A DNA stretch of 64,000 bases from contig CM119268.1 in assembly GCA_051294375.1 (NCBI GenBank), positions 19,536,625-19,600,624 of the forward strand, read 5' to 3'. Numbering within the stretch: position 1 is the first letter of the stretch; every line of letters starts with the position of its first letter. Source of the DNA: Paraspadella gotoi. Its lineage: Eukaryota; Animalia; Chaetognatha. The notes under the pieces were generated by a model. That model saw only the letters and a list, made by a program, of their open reading frames with translations. It had not been told where the DNA came from and did not search any database. A program made the translations under genes and the position numbers. Shown piece by piece: positions 1 to 12,759 of the stretch.

Positions 1-635
1 TTGTGGATTTTTTTTCTAAAAATTCTGATTATTTTTATATAAACGATGAGTGTAAATGACCGATGCCTCTCTCCTCTCCTCTTCTCTCTCTCTCCTCTCT
101 CTCTCTCTCTTCTTCTCTTCTCATTTCATACACGCAATTTGTTTGGTTATTATACATGAATGCATCATCGCGTCAATGAATTTTGAACTATTATCGATCA
201 ATGAATGATTATATCATCAACATCTATGAATGATTATCATCACATCATAATGAAATGAACTATATCGCATCAATCATTTGATTACATCACATCAGTTATT
301 TTTTATCTGCATTCAATTATTGTTCCATTTTTTTACACCATAAGGAACCAATTTTAATTCTGTATTTAATTTTAATTAATTTAATGTTTATCGTTTAATA
401 ACTTTCTCTTTGTCTCTCCTATTTTAATGTTTTTGGCTTAACTTAGACTGTTCTTGTTTGTTTGCTTGTGTCATGATGACTTCTACTGAATTCAACCTCG
501 TTGATTATTCGAATAAAGATCGACCTATACAGCTCACGTATATTGTGCCCTTCATTGCCAATATTTTAGCTTCACCATCGGAAGCCAGGCACGTCCCTTA
601 TCTTTTAAGACGCTCGCGAATTTTTTTTTCTATTC

Positions 636-1075
636 ATTCTGAGAACAGATTCAGATTCCTCGTAAAAAGTTGATAAAAGAAATTATAAATATTTTTCAAA
701 AATTATGTCATTAAGTAGGTTAAAATTATAAAAAAAACTATATTTTTAAGCTGAAAATTAAAAATCCGCGTCTTAAATATAGTTTTTTACATTTTTAACC
801 AACAAAATTTTTAAAAAAGAATTATACTTTCTTATATCTACTTTTTGCAAGGAATCCAAATCCGATATAAAATTTTAAAAAAATTGTATTTTGAAATTTT
901 AGCCTATTATATACTTATTACTATATATAAATATAGCTTACTAGTGCCCACTAATGTATAAAATTGAAAAGTAAATTTACCAAAGTATTTTTATTGGTTT
1001 TTATTTTCATGTTTTATATGCTAAATTTTAATTTTATAAAATTTTATCATTTTCACATCCCTCTAGTATACAAGT
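636..1075. mobile_element. AT-rich MITE/fold-back-like dispersed repeat, family A
   Basis: Internal imperfect inverted arms (GATTCCTCGTAAAAAGTTGATA...AACTATATTT vs AAATATAGTT...CTTTTTGCAAGGAATC); related copies near 19080-19400, 33000-33290 and 34730-35560. Confidence 0.6.
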
Positions 1076-1862
1076 TCCCTATATTTCCAGAAGACAACAC
1101 TAACAGCCCACTTTCATTAAGAAAATATTTTTTTTTAGATTTAGATTATCTAAAACAAAAAATAATGAAAAAATAATAATACTAATAAAAAAAATATAGA
1201 ATTTGTAATAAATAATTTCAATGAATATCTTAAAATCTAAAACTTCAAATAGTAATTTTGCAATTTTCCTATTATATTCATCGACCAAGAAATTTTGATA
1301 ACAATATCGACGACGACAGTCACAACAACAACAACAACTACAACGACAACAACTAATCGAAGTTGCGAAAAGAAAATCGAGCCAAAAATAATAAAGAGAA
1401 GTCGATTCGACGCAGAAATTGGCAGCGTTATTGCCGTCGGCTTGGTCGCCTGGAGGCGACAGCTTCGGCCGCGGCAGCAGCAGCGGCAGCGGTGGCAGCA
1501 GCGATGGTGAGGAAGTAAAAACGTAACGACCTCTCACAAATAGGAACTATTACCATCTGGTCCATTTGATTTCGTTTAACAGAAATGAATTAATTATAGG
1601 TGGCCTCCACCGTCACAAGATCAAAAGATCTAGTGAGATACCAATCAGCAAAATTCTGCTTTTTATATCATGAAACTTTGCAAAGCTAAAAAAAAGCAGA
1701 CGCGGTACTATATATTTACTATAAAATTAAAATCAAAAGGGGCAGGGGTAAAAAACTTTAGTCATGATGTCTACTTTCCGGTAGAAGAAGAATTTTTAAA
1801 TAAATTTCAAATTTAATATCTTGTTGCTATCGAAATTACTATATTACTATATAATGAATAAA

Positions 1863-2068
1863 ACCAAGTTGAGCAAACAATGTCGGATCTGCCTACAATA
1901 ATTAATATAATTATTAATCATTAATTAATTAAATTAATTTTAATATGTAATAATTAATTTTAAATTTATATTCAACTTATCATTCATCGATGTCCTTAAA
2001 ATTGGGTTAGGACAGTTATTAAATATGTTTTGGTCACATTTTATTTATTTTATGTCTCCTTGTCTCTC

Positions 2069-2111
<43 letters not shown>

Positions 2112-3063
2112 AAACTTGGTTTCCTGTTCAATCACACACTTTTCACTCACATACCAAATTCCAGGTCAATCGATAATTAAGTGGTAATAGCTAACTTGTC
2201 AAACTTGCATAATTTAATCAACTTGCATAATTTGGTCAACTGACATAATTTGGGTTAACTGACATAATTTGGTCTACTGACATAATTTGGTCAACTGACA
2301 TAATTTGGTCAACTGACATAATTTGATCAATTAAGATAATTTTGTCAACCGGCATAATTGGTCAACTGGCATAATTTTATCAACTGGCCTAATTTGTCAA
2401 CTCGCATAATTTGTCACTGACATAATTGGTCACTGGCATGATTTGGTCAACAGGCATAATTTGTCAACAGCATAAATTTGGTCAACTGCAGAACTGATTC
2501 AACTTGCAGAATTTGTCCGCATTCAACTTGAAGCAACTGCAATTTGTGTGCATAATTGTCAATAATCATAATATCGCAATAATCATCATGGATCAATCAA
2601 TCAATACAATCAACGAGAGAGAGAGAGAGAGAAACTTGAAAAAATTCAAATAAATGTGTCTTTTGGTTTTCTAATTTGAACTCTTTTCCACTCCTACGAT
2701 TCCATCAAAAAATTTTATCCAGCTTTATCACATACTTTCCTACCGACACACAAAATCAATTTCGATTTATCTATCCAATTTTTAATAAACAAATAATTAT
2801 GAGTAAATTAAGTAAAAATACTTCAAGTAAATATGACTTTTGTTTTTTCCATTTTAACTCATTTCCACTCGCACGATTCCATTGAAACTTTATATCCAGC
2901 TCAATCACACAGTTTCCTACCATCATACTAGCGGTAAAAAGCAAGCATTTTTACAAGCAGTGATATAACAGCTGCTTGCGTCGCTATAAATATTCCACAT
3001 TCGACGTCGATACGAAAATCGCTTTCCGTTCATAAAAGATACATTCGGGCGATGATGAAATTC

Positions 3064-3127
<64 letters not shown>

Positions 3128-4262
3128 TTTATGAAGGAACCACCGGCCTCGGCTGAAAAGTGAAAGGAGTCTGACGTCATCAGTTATTTATATTTTTATT
3201 ATAATATTTTAGATTTTACATATATGCAGTTATCTTTTGTAATTTTTATTAATCTAGAACAATTGAAAAAACAATAGTTCCCGCAATAAATCGCCAAATG
3301 AAAAGTGTAGTAAACTATTATTAAAAACTACATAAACTAAAATAATAAATTAATTAATAAATTAATTAATTTGATCCGAAGCGTATGTTTTTAGGTATTT
3401 TCGTCACTGACCACGACAAAAGCAACGGCGACGATGATGGCGACGATGACAATAATGCCAATAACGATTGACTTGATTGATTGATTAAATAATTAATTAA
3501 TAGATAAATAAATTGAATGCTTGAATAATTAATTAATAGATAAATAAATTTATTGATTGAATAATTAATTTATTGATTAATTGACTGATTAATTAATTAT
3601 TGATTAATTAATTGACTAATTGATTAACCTATTAATTATTTGATTAATTAATATATTTTGCATTTATATTTATTATAATATTTAATATATATAATCAATA
3701 AGTGAAACAGTTTTTTTTTCATTTTAACTCATTTCCACTGGGACAATTTCATCGAAACTTGATTTCCAGCTTAATCACACACTTTCCTACCATCGCAGGA
3801 GACTCAACCTCACCTAAAGTGAAATCAAATATAAAGCAGAAGCGAAATGAAAATCGGATCAAAATCAAAATCAAAATCAAAATCACATACAAAAGTTCTC
3901 GTCAATCGCTCCGTCCACTCATGAGTAATTGGCGTTCAAATAGTGAAATGGATTTTTTTTCCCATTTAATCTCATTTCCACTAGCACGATTCCATCGAAA
4001 CTTCAGGTCCAGCTCAATAACACACTTCCCTACCCTCACACAAAATTTCATCCCAATCCAACCTTCCAATCACAAGTAATTGGAGTTTTTTGCTAAGGTG
4101 GGACGGACGGACAGACGGACGGACGGACATATTTTATCATATTTCAATGTTCTGACTTCTGACATGATATAAGTGAATGCCCGACAAGATTGAGGGGGCG
4201 GACCGACGGACCGACAAAGTGAATTATAGAGTCGGAAGCTGCTGAAAGCAGACCCGACTAAA
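1863..4262 (-). mobile_element. DINE-1/HINE-like non-autonomous Helentron, probable near full-length copy
   Basis: 3' end motif CAAGTTGAGCAAACAATGTCGGATCTGC at 1863-1892; 5' hairpin end GAGTCGG...GCTGAAAGCAGACCCGACTAAAA near 4229-4262; (GGAC)n microsatellite at about 4100-4128 and an internal 20-bp minisatellite. May be a composite of fragments. Confidence 0.6.
2195..2560 (+). repeat. 20-bp minisatellite (GTCAACTGGCATAATTTG-type) internal to HINE family
   Basis: Tandem units directly visible; the same array recurs at about 19530-19815, 27695-27880 and, inverted, 13980-14300 and 52905-53080; a T-rich variant lies at 5190-5370. Confidence 0.9.
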
Positions 4263-4455
4263 AAAAGAAAAAAATGTCGTAAAAGCTGCAGAAACGAAAA
4301 CAAAGACATAAAAGGAGAGATGCCGTTCGGAATTATTGATGCGTGTTTTTCGCGCTTTTTATATTTCATATTTCATATTTCATAACACATCAAGTTTTTT
4401 TTTATTGATTTAAGTTCGGCGCTGAAGAAAAGGGAAAAAAAGGCGGGCGGAAAGA

Positions 4456-4978
4456 AACAAGTTTAAGCAAACAATGTCGGATCTGCCCACGATCATTAGC
4501 AGTAATTAATTAATTAATTAATTAATACAAACTGCTCACTTAAATGATATAAAATAAAATAATAATTTAATTAATAAATTAATTAATTTGATCCAAAATG
4601 TTCGTTTTTAGGTCTTTTCGTCACTGACGATGATGATGGCGACGACGACAATAAAGCCGATCGTTATTATTAACTTAACTTATTGATTAAATAATTAATG
4701 AATTTATAAATAAATTTATTGATTGAATAATTAATTAATAGATAACTAAATAAATTGATTGATTGAATAATTAACTGATTGATTAATTGACCAATTAATT
4801 AATTATTTATTAATTTATTGACTAATTGATTAATTATCTGATTAATTATTTGATTAATTAATTCATCTTGTATTTAAATTTAAAATAAAAAGAAAATGAA
4901 TTAGTGAATTAGTGAAAAACACACTTCACTACCCACACACAAAATTTAATTCTAAATGATAAGCAGATCCGACTAAAA
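4456..4978 (-). mobile_element. Short internally deleted HINE-like copy with both termini
   Basis: AACAAGTTTAAGCAAACAATGTCGGATCTGC at 4456 and GATAAGCAGATCCGACTAAAAA ending about 4978; the GTCGGATCTGC/GCAGATCCGAC pair forms the subterminal inverted repeat. Another 3' end starts at 5004. Confidence 0.65.
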
Positions 4979-6406
4979 ACAAAAACAAATATAAATACAA
5001 ATCAACAAGTTTGAGCAAACAATGTCGGATCTGCCTTTGGCGGTAATCAGCTAATCAGATGATAAATGACGATAATTCTTTTAAATTATGATCCTAACTG
5101 ATCATAACCGACTGTATTGTACCAAACAAATGGCTGCACCAATACACGTAAATCGCTTGCAATATTATTTTAATTAATTTTTCTTTTTTCAACTTACATC
5201 ATTTTTTTCACTTGCATCATTTTTTCAACTTGTATAATTTTTTAAACTGGCATCATTTTTCCAACTTGCATCATTTTTCCAACTTGCATCATTTTTTCAA
5301 CTTGCATCATTTTTTTTAACTAGCATATTTTTTTCAACTTGCATCATTTTTTTAAATTGCATTATTTTTTCAATTTAATTGATTAATTAATTAATTAAAA
5401 TATTTATGAGTAAGAATAAATAATAAAAATTTAAGTTAACTTGATTTCCCCTTCCAGGATTCATTTAGCGTGAAAAAAAAAAAAAAATACGCTTAATGCT
5501 AAACAACATCACAAGATATTTGTGAAGCCGCATCGGGCACCTCGGGCAGACGCCATGGGGGGATCGAGAGAGAATGACGGGAGAGGAGTGTTTGGGGAGA
5601 GAAAAAGAGAGTGCGAACAAAAAAACGTGAGAAAGAAAAGAGATCAAATAAAAGACAAGAAAAGTAGGCCGGTTGTTATATTTAATGGGAAGTAAGAGAT
5701 ATAGTAATTCATAGATAGTAAAAGCTCTTCACTTCTCTTTGACTCGCTTTTTCGGGAATGCACCCATTTCCTGTCGCTATATCCAAAAGTATGAAATTTT
5801 AATCTTAATATTTTAACCTAAATACGTTTTTAAACTTAAAAACCAATCCCTAACCCCTAATCTTTAAGCCTAATCGTTTAACCCTAATCCTTAAGTCTAA
5901 CCAACCATAAAACAAAAACCCGAAAACCCTTATCCCCGATTATCTCACAATTCTTAATTTTCTCCACACCATAACACACGAGTCATTACACTCAAGTCCC
6001 TAACCTTAATCGGGTAACCCATATATCACCCTCATCCCTAACCTAACTTATTTAACCTAATTTTTAACTACAAAAATTAACTAATGTCGAATATAGGAGA
6101 AAATTGGAAGTTACTGCGGGAAAATTTTAAATTTTCATATAGTAACCCGTTTCCCAACTTGGCTTAGTCCGATTCATCTCGCACATCGCTCGGATATTTT
6201 GTTCACTTCGCTATCTTTTCTAGCGATGTTCACTACTTTTTCTCTTCCAGTTTTTTAAAGCGACTGTGTCTTTTTTAATCGAGCCTACAGGCGAAGCAGG
6301 TTCAGCTCGATAGTTGAATTCGTCGTCGTCTGTCGTCGCTCTGGTAGTCGTCACGCTGTTTTTATATAAAAACTACTTCGCTTTTTTTTCTGGTTATCAT
6401 CGCATT

Positions 6407-7130
6407 AGGTGGACTAAAACTCCACAACCGTTCATCAGCGGCCATTGGTGCTTGCGAGCCAAGTCACTCGGCCTCGCCAACCAAAGGTCCGGGGTTTCTA
6501 GCCCGCCGTGGTCCGTCTGCAATAGTTCACAGAGGGACGGGGCTGCTCAAACCCGCCATGTAACCATGGTGTTACAGCCTGATCCGAGCTCAGGGACTGC
6601 TTATAAAATTGAACCGGTTCTGTCATGAATACTTACTCAATTAATTACTGTCTCTCTTACTTGGCTTGAGCCCGACTTCCCGAACCACAAACAGCAAACA
6701 GCAAACCTTTTCAGGCCCAACATGCTTCAACCTAGGCGATCTGCATTTTCCGCCCACAACAACATCCAGGCAACATGCCCTCACACTTCACCGGCTTGAC
6801 GAACTTTCCACCAAACAACAACATTCACCCTGACAGAGCACGCAACAGACCTCTCCGACGGGAGGGGGGATGTATGTGGACTAAAATCTACCAACCCTTC
6901 ATTCAGCGGCCATTTGTGCTGGAGGCAAGTCATTCGCCTCCCAACCCAAACGGTCCGTGGTTCTCGCCCGCGTGGTCCTCGCTCTGGCCAGTTAAGATAG
7001 GGACGCTGGCCGCTCTAACCCGCCATGTTAACATGGTTGTTACAGCCTGCATACCGAAGCTCATGGCATGCTTACCTGATTGAACAGGTCTACCTGTCAT
7101 TACACACTTATCCAATAATTACTGGTCCTC
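6407..7130 (+). mobile_element. Two noisy mirror copies of the tRNA-derived SINE-like element
   Basis: GGTGGACTAAAA...CATCAGCGGCCATTGGTGCT...GTTACAGCCTGATCCG at about 6407-6657 and 6876-7130; reverse complements of 25254-25906. Confidence 0.75.
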
Positions 7131-10100
7131 ATTCTCAGCATTCAAATATTTTGGTTACACAATCAAAACGCAGGCTCGATCCATATCTGCTTTTAAGATT
7201 TTTATTTTTAAGATTTCTCTCATTACTTTTATCACTTTTATTACCTTTCAATCATCACTGAAAAGATTACCAATATCATCGCAGGGAATGACCTGCCGGA
7301 CGACATTTCTTTGCTGCCAGAATTGCAAATTGATAGACGACAATTATACTGCCCGAGAAGTATGGCAGAGTTGAAGCTTTTGACCACCAGACATTCCGCA
7401 CAACAACAATTTTGCCTGCCACGAAACTGAAAAATGAGATCAATCAGAAACCCAATTAACAAGATAGATGAATCACATATTATAGCAAAATGAACCTCTA
7501 AATAGACAGACTGCATGCGCTATTACTCTCCAATTTATTTTTTCTTTCTCTCTATCTTTCGTTCTTCTTTCTCTTCTTTCCTTCTTCTCTTCTCTTCTTT
7601 CTTTTCTCTTTCTGTTTCTTGACATTTCTATTTCTGTCTCTTCTTCATCTTTCCTTTCTTTCCTTATTCGTTTCTCTTTCTTTCTTCTCTCTTTCTTCTC
7701 TTTCTTTCCTTTTCCTTGTCTTCTCCTCGCTGCAGTGTTCTCTCGCTCTTCTTCCATTTACTCAGCCAGTCTCTCTGTGTCTTCTCTTGTATTTTTTATC
7801 TCCCATTTTCTTCTCACTCCTTTTTTGTTTTTAAACCACTTGATTCACGTATAGTCCCTAACACAGACACGAACAGATAGCCATTACGTTCAACTGACTC
7901 GTACTGGAGAGATCACAAACGATTAAAAGGAGATAGCGAAACACAGCGCATGATCGATAGCTAAAGAGGGCTCAGTATAAAAAGAAAAAGAACAGCGAGA
8001 GCTGATCAGACGAGAGACTGACGATTGATTGGCGTCTCCTAGAGACGGGAGAGGAGGAGAGACGATGACGAGAGAGACGAATGAAGGAGAGAGACGAGAT
8101 GAGATGAGAGGAAAAGAGAGGAAGATCAGACCGATAGAAAATTTTTTACATATTAACGAAATATAATTTGGATATTTCTCCCCAAAATTCATATTTAATA
8201 AAAAATTGTAATATTTCTTTTTTCAATTGTTCAGAAAAAATAACAAAAAACAAACAAAAAAAACAAAACAAAACAAACAAGAAAATGAGCGCTCCCTTCC
8301 CGATATTGCAATCGATTCTTCTCATAACCAAGTTACTCATTCTCTTGGCAGTTCGAGCTAAACGCATTATCAATGTCATACAAAATCTTAGAGAAACTAG
8401 ACTGCATCCGAAAATGCAAACTAGAAAATACAAGTCGCTCAGCGAGCTGATATTTAGTTTGCAGAGCGGTCACTCAAACTGCTAGAAAATATATTGCGGT
8501 ATTACTGTTTATTTCTTATTTTCGGCCGAAACAATAAAAGTTTTGAATTGTTTATAACAAACGAATTGTATTGAAACACATTATTTGCTCGGTACAATGC
8601 CTCTTCCGAACTTTGCAGTTAGTGAGTTTTCATGACACGACAAGGTCGAAACGATTCCGACTACACAACATTGTCAAATACATTTCGTTGGAAAATAATA
8701 ATGTAATATAATACCAAATTAATGGGCACAATACTTCAAATAGACAATGTGACAAGAAAGTTAAAAAATACAAATCGAGTCAATATTCTTCACATGCACT
8801 GCGAAAAACGACACACAAGCTGACAAAAATATCTGATAAAAATTCTGAAAAAAAAAACACCACAAAAAAAAAAGCATAAAAAAGAATTGACCAACAAAAA
8901 AAGAGAAAAAACCAGAAAGAAAACCAGTCACAATTGTAAGAGATGAAAGCCGGATATATATTTACCACTATTTGTTTTTCTGTTAATGCCTTAACTTAAA
9001 TTTCTGAATTACCCAGGAAGACATAACAATAGAATATCCATGTGCGAAGACCCGTCTCCGAGCCGCACGTCACCCGATAAATGAAAAAACAAGTTTATCG
9101 AGGGAAAAAACAAATTCAAATCCCGGAATCCCGAAAGTTAGAATAGAGAAAGGAAAAGAGAGATGAAAAAAGAAAGGTTAGTATAAGGAAAAGCACAAGA
9201 TACTAAGGCTATCAAAAAGAAAACGCGATCTCTAGACATCAGACGAACAAAGGAACATAGCCACGGCAGGAACCAAACAACACGAGAACCTAACATGGTT
9301 AACGCACTGCAACAGCGAGGTAACAGTAAAGATTAGATCGAAGCATGTGGAAGAAACGGAAGCAATGAAGCAGAAGCGTTATAGAGAATAGAACAGTAAC
9401 GGAAAGCAGCGATGCACTATGCGAGAGACGTGAATAACAATATGAGTGACGGACATGGTTGAGTAGACAAGAAATAGAACGAAAGCACTAAGGAAGGCAT
9501 AAATAAATAAGGCTTAGATATGAAAAGCGAACAGCATACCGCAGAATGTCTGACGACGCCGTGAAAAATTCAGCTAAAAAGAGTGTAGACAACTTGAGAC
9601 AAAAGTCAATAAGATGCAGAGCAATAACGAAAAAGGTTCAGCTCTACCAGGGTACGCAAAACTAGCATCACATTCTCGACTCAAATCGTATTAGAATACG
9701 CAGAATACAAACGATAGTGCGCACGACCGGAATAGCATAACAAAAACAAAGTTGCTAAAACATAGCTCACTGGCCGTACGTAAAGAAAACTGAAAAGACG
9801 ACCGACGACAAATAGATCTAAGGTGCTATGCTGCTCTTAACGAATACGTGCAGCTGCTTGCGCTCAGACGAGCTGTGAGGTAGGGACCCGAAGCATGAAA
9901 CGGACATATCGGACGCCGAGATCTAAGAAACAAACTGGGTGCTACGAGAACAACTGGCTAGACATCAGATCAGCAACTACGTACAGACAAGGCAAATAAC
10001 ATAGGACAAGATGAGAGGACAAAAATAATTATCTAAATACAGAGAAAAGCAAACGACGAGGTAAATACGAAAAATTAAAAACAGACAAAAGAACAACAGA

Positions 10101-11826
10101 GAGAGGAAAAAAGAAAGCATCTTAGAATAGAGAAAAGAAGAAAAGAGAGAGGAACTAAAAAGAAAGATTAAAATAGAGAAAAAGAAAGGCAAAAGACAAG
10201 GAAAACAAAATAACAGGTGCACGTTTTAGAATAAACGAAAAGAAAAGGAGGCAAAAACAGCACTCAAAGGTTAGACCTAAAGAAAAGAAAGTAGAGAGAA
10301 AAACGAAAAGAGGTTCTGTACTATAACAAGAATGAGCAGGGAAAACAAAAACGAAGAAAAAAAGAAAGGTTACGAATAAGAAAGGAAAAGAAGACGAGAC
10401 GCGAAATAAACGGAAAGGCTAGTCGATGTAGAAAGAGAAAAGGAAAGAGAGAGAAAAAAAGACCAAGGTTTAGCAAAATACGATAAGAAAAGAGAGCCGG
10501 AAAAAAAAGAAAGCGCTCTAATCAGAAATAAAGAAAAGAAAAGAGCAGGAAAAACAGAAAAAGGTTAAAACCTTACCGAGAAAAAACAAAAGAAGAAACC
10601 GTGCGACAAAAAAAAAACAGGTTAGAATAGAAAAAAGAAAGAGAGGGAAAAAAAGAAAGGTTAAAATAGGAGAAAAGAAAAGAATTACGAGAACAAGACA
10701 AAGAGAGAAACGAAGACACAAAAAAACGAAAACGTTAGAATACGAGAAAACGACAAAGAAGAAGAGAGGGGAAAAAAAAGTTAGAATAGAGAAGAAAGCG
10801 GCAGAGTAAAAAAACGAAAACGGTTAGAATAAAGAAAAGAAAAATGACCCAAGGAAAGGAAAAGAGAAGAAAAAAAACAGGTTCAGATTAGAGAAAAGAA
10901 AAGAAGAAAAAAAAATATTTAGATAAAGAAAAGAAAAGAGAGAGGAAAAAACCACAAAAGGTTGTAGAATAGCGAGGAAAAGAAAAGAGAAAAGAAAAAG
11001 AAAGGTCCTTTCACGAATAAACACGAAATGACAGAGAGAGCGAAAAAAAAAAAGAAAGGTTTATGAAAAGAGAAAAAATAAGAGAGACGATAACAAACAA
11101 AGGAAGAAGTTATACAAATAGAGAAAAGAAACAGAGATGCGGAAAATACTCGACTTCATACACCATATACCATACAAGTGGGCTTAGAATAGAAAAAAGA
11201 CAAATGACGAGAGGAACAAAGAAAAGTAGAATAGAGAGGAAAAGAAAGAAGAGAGGAACAAAACAGAGAGGTCTTACAATACGCGGAGAAACGGAACAAG
11301 GAGAAAGGAAAATAGAAGGTTATAGAATAACAGAAAAGGAGAAAAGAAAAAGAATAAGAAAAGAAGAAAAAAAATAAAGGTGAGATCCGGAGAATATGAT
11401 GCAAAATAAATTATAAGAACAAAAAGAAAGGTTAAAAGGAAAACAAGGAAAAAATAAGGTGTAGAATAGCAAAAGTTAGATAGAAAGAGACAGAAATGAA
11501 AAGAGACAAAGCCGCCGAAAAAAAACAAGCAAATTAGAAAAGAAGAAAAAAAAAAAAAATAAAAGAAATCGTTTTAAAAGAAAAGAAATAAAAGGCGAAC
11601 ATTAAACGAAAAAAATAGCAAATTTCAGGGAAAAAAAAAGTAAATTCAGTCGACGAAAATTTTCAGCAAAAGCAAATTAACACCAATGAATTGACAACAT
11701 AAACGAGCACAATGATATGAATTAATCGCTGACATAACGTATGACAACGAATCAGGAAACTAAGGAATGAAAGGATCAAAGCGAGCTCTCAGTATCATGA
11801 AAAAGCACAGGAAACAAAAATTATCA

Positions 11827-11870
<44 letters not shown>

Positions 11871-11968
11871 CTCTCTCTCTCGTCTCTTCTCTCTCTCTCT
11901 TTTCTTTTCCTCTTTCTCTTCCTTGTTTCTTTCCTTCCCGTTTTTCTATCCCTTCCTCTCTCTCTCTA

Positions 11969-12001
<33 letters not shown>

Positions 12002-12721
12002 CTCTCTCATCTCTCTCTCTCTCTCTTCTCTCTTCTCTCTCTTTCTCTCGCGAAACCAACGTGGAAAACATGGAGACAATAAAGATATCGAGAAATCGAT
12101 GAGACTTTATGTTGTTCCATTTTCCTACGAAAAAGGATGAATGACCTGAGTAGAACTCAAATGACCGAAGAAAAGCTGCCGATTTTAGTTTCTTTTCATT
12201 GTTGTCCTTTTGGACGTTGGATACTTAGTCATTTTTACGCTCATTGTCGTGCGAGACTATCGTCTTTGTCCTTTTCTCGTCATTCTTGTCCTCGTGCGGT
12301 CTTCTCACTGTCTCTGAAGTTCTAGCGGGATCACTTAATTAGTTTACTGAAACTGCCGAAATTGGACGGCCTAATACGTGTTTTTTGAAGAGAAAAATAA
12401 AATTTTAAAGAAAAAATACTTCTCTTTCAAAATCAAATTTCGTCGCCTTAAAACCTTTTACGTTGAGCTGGAGAGTAGTTGGCCTCTTTACTTTATCTCG
12501 CGATTACAGATATTATCTTCCTTAACCCCCCCCCCCTCGATTCCATATATTTTCTTTAAAACCCCCCCCTCGATTCAAATTACGTTATCGACAATTTCTC
12601 CACGAGGCGGGAAAACGATATCATGAAATCCTAACGATTCGTTCGTCGATTTTATTTTTTCGCGGTTTTACCCCACGGAGAAAAACAACTTAAAAATCGA
12701 TGTTGACGAGACGAGAGAGAC

Positions 12722-12759
<38 letters not shown>

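Noticed and set aside
9200-10000. Apparently unique, coding-like purine-rich sequence
   Set aside because: Positionally it is the mirror of the satellite at about 23150-23650 with heavy noise; likely low-quality read sequence.
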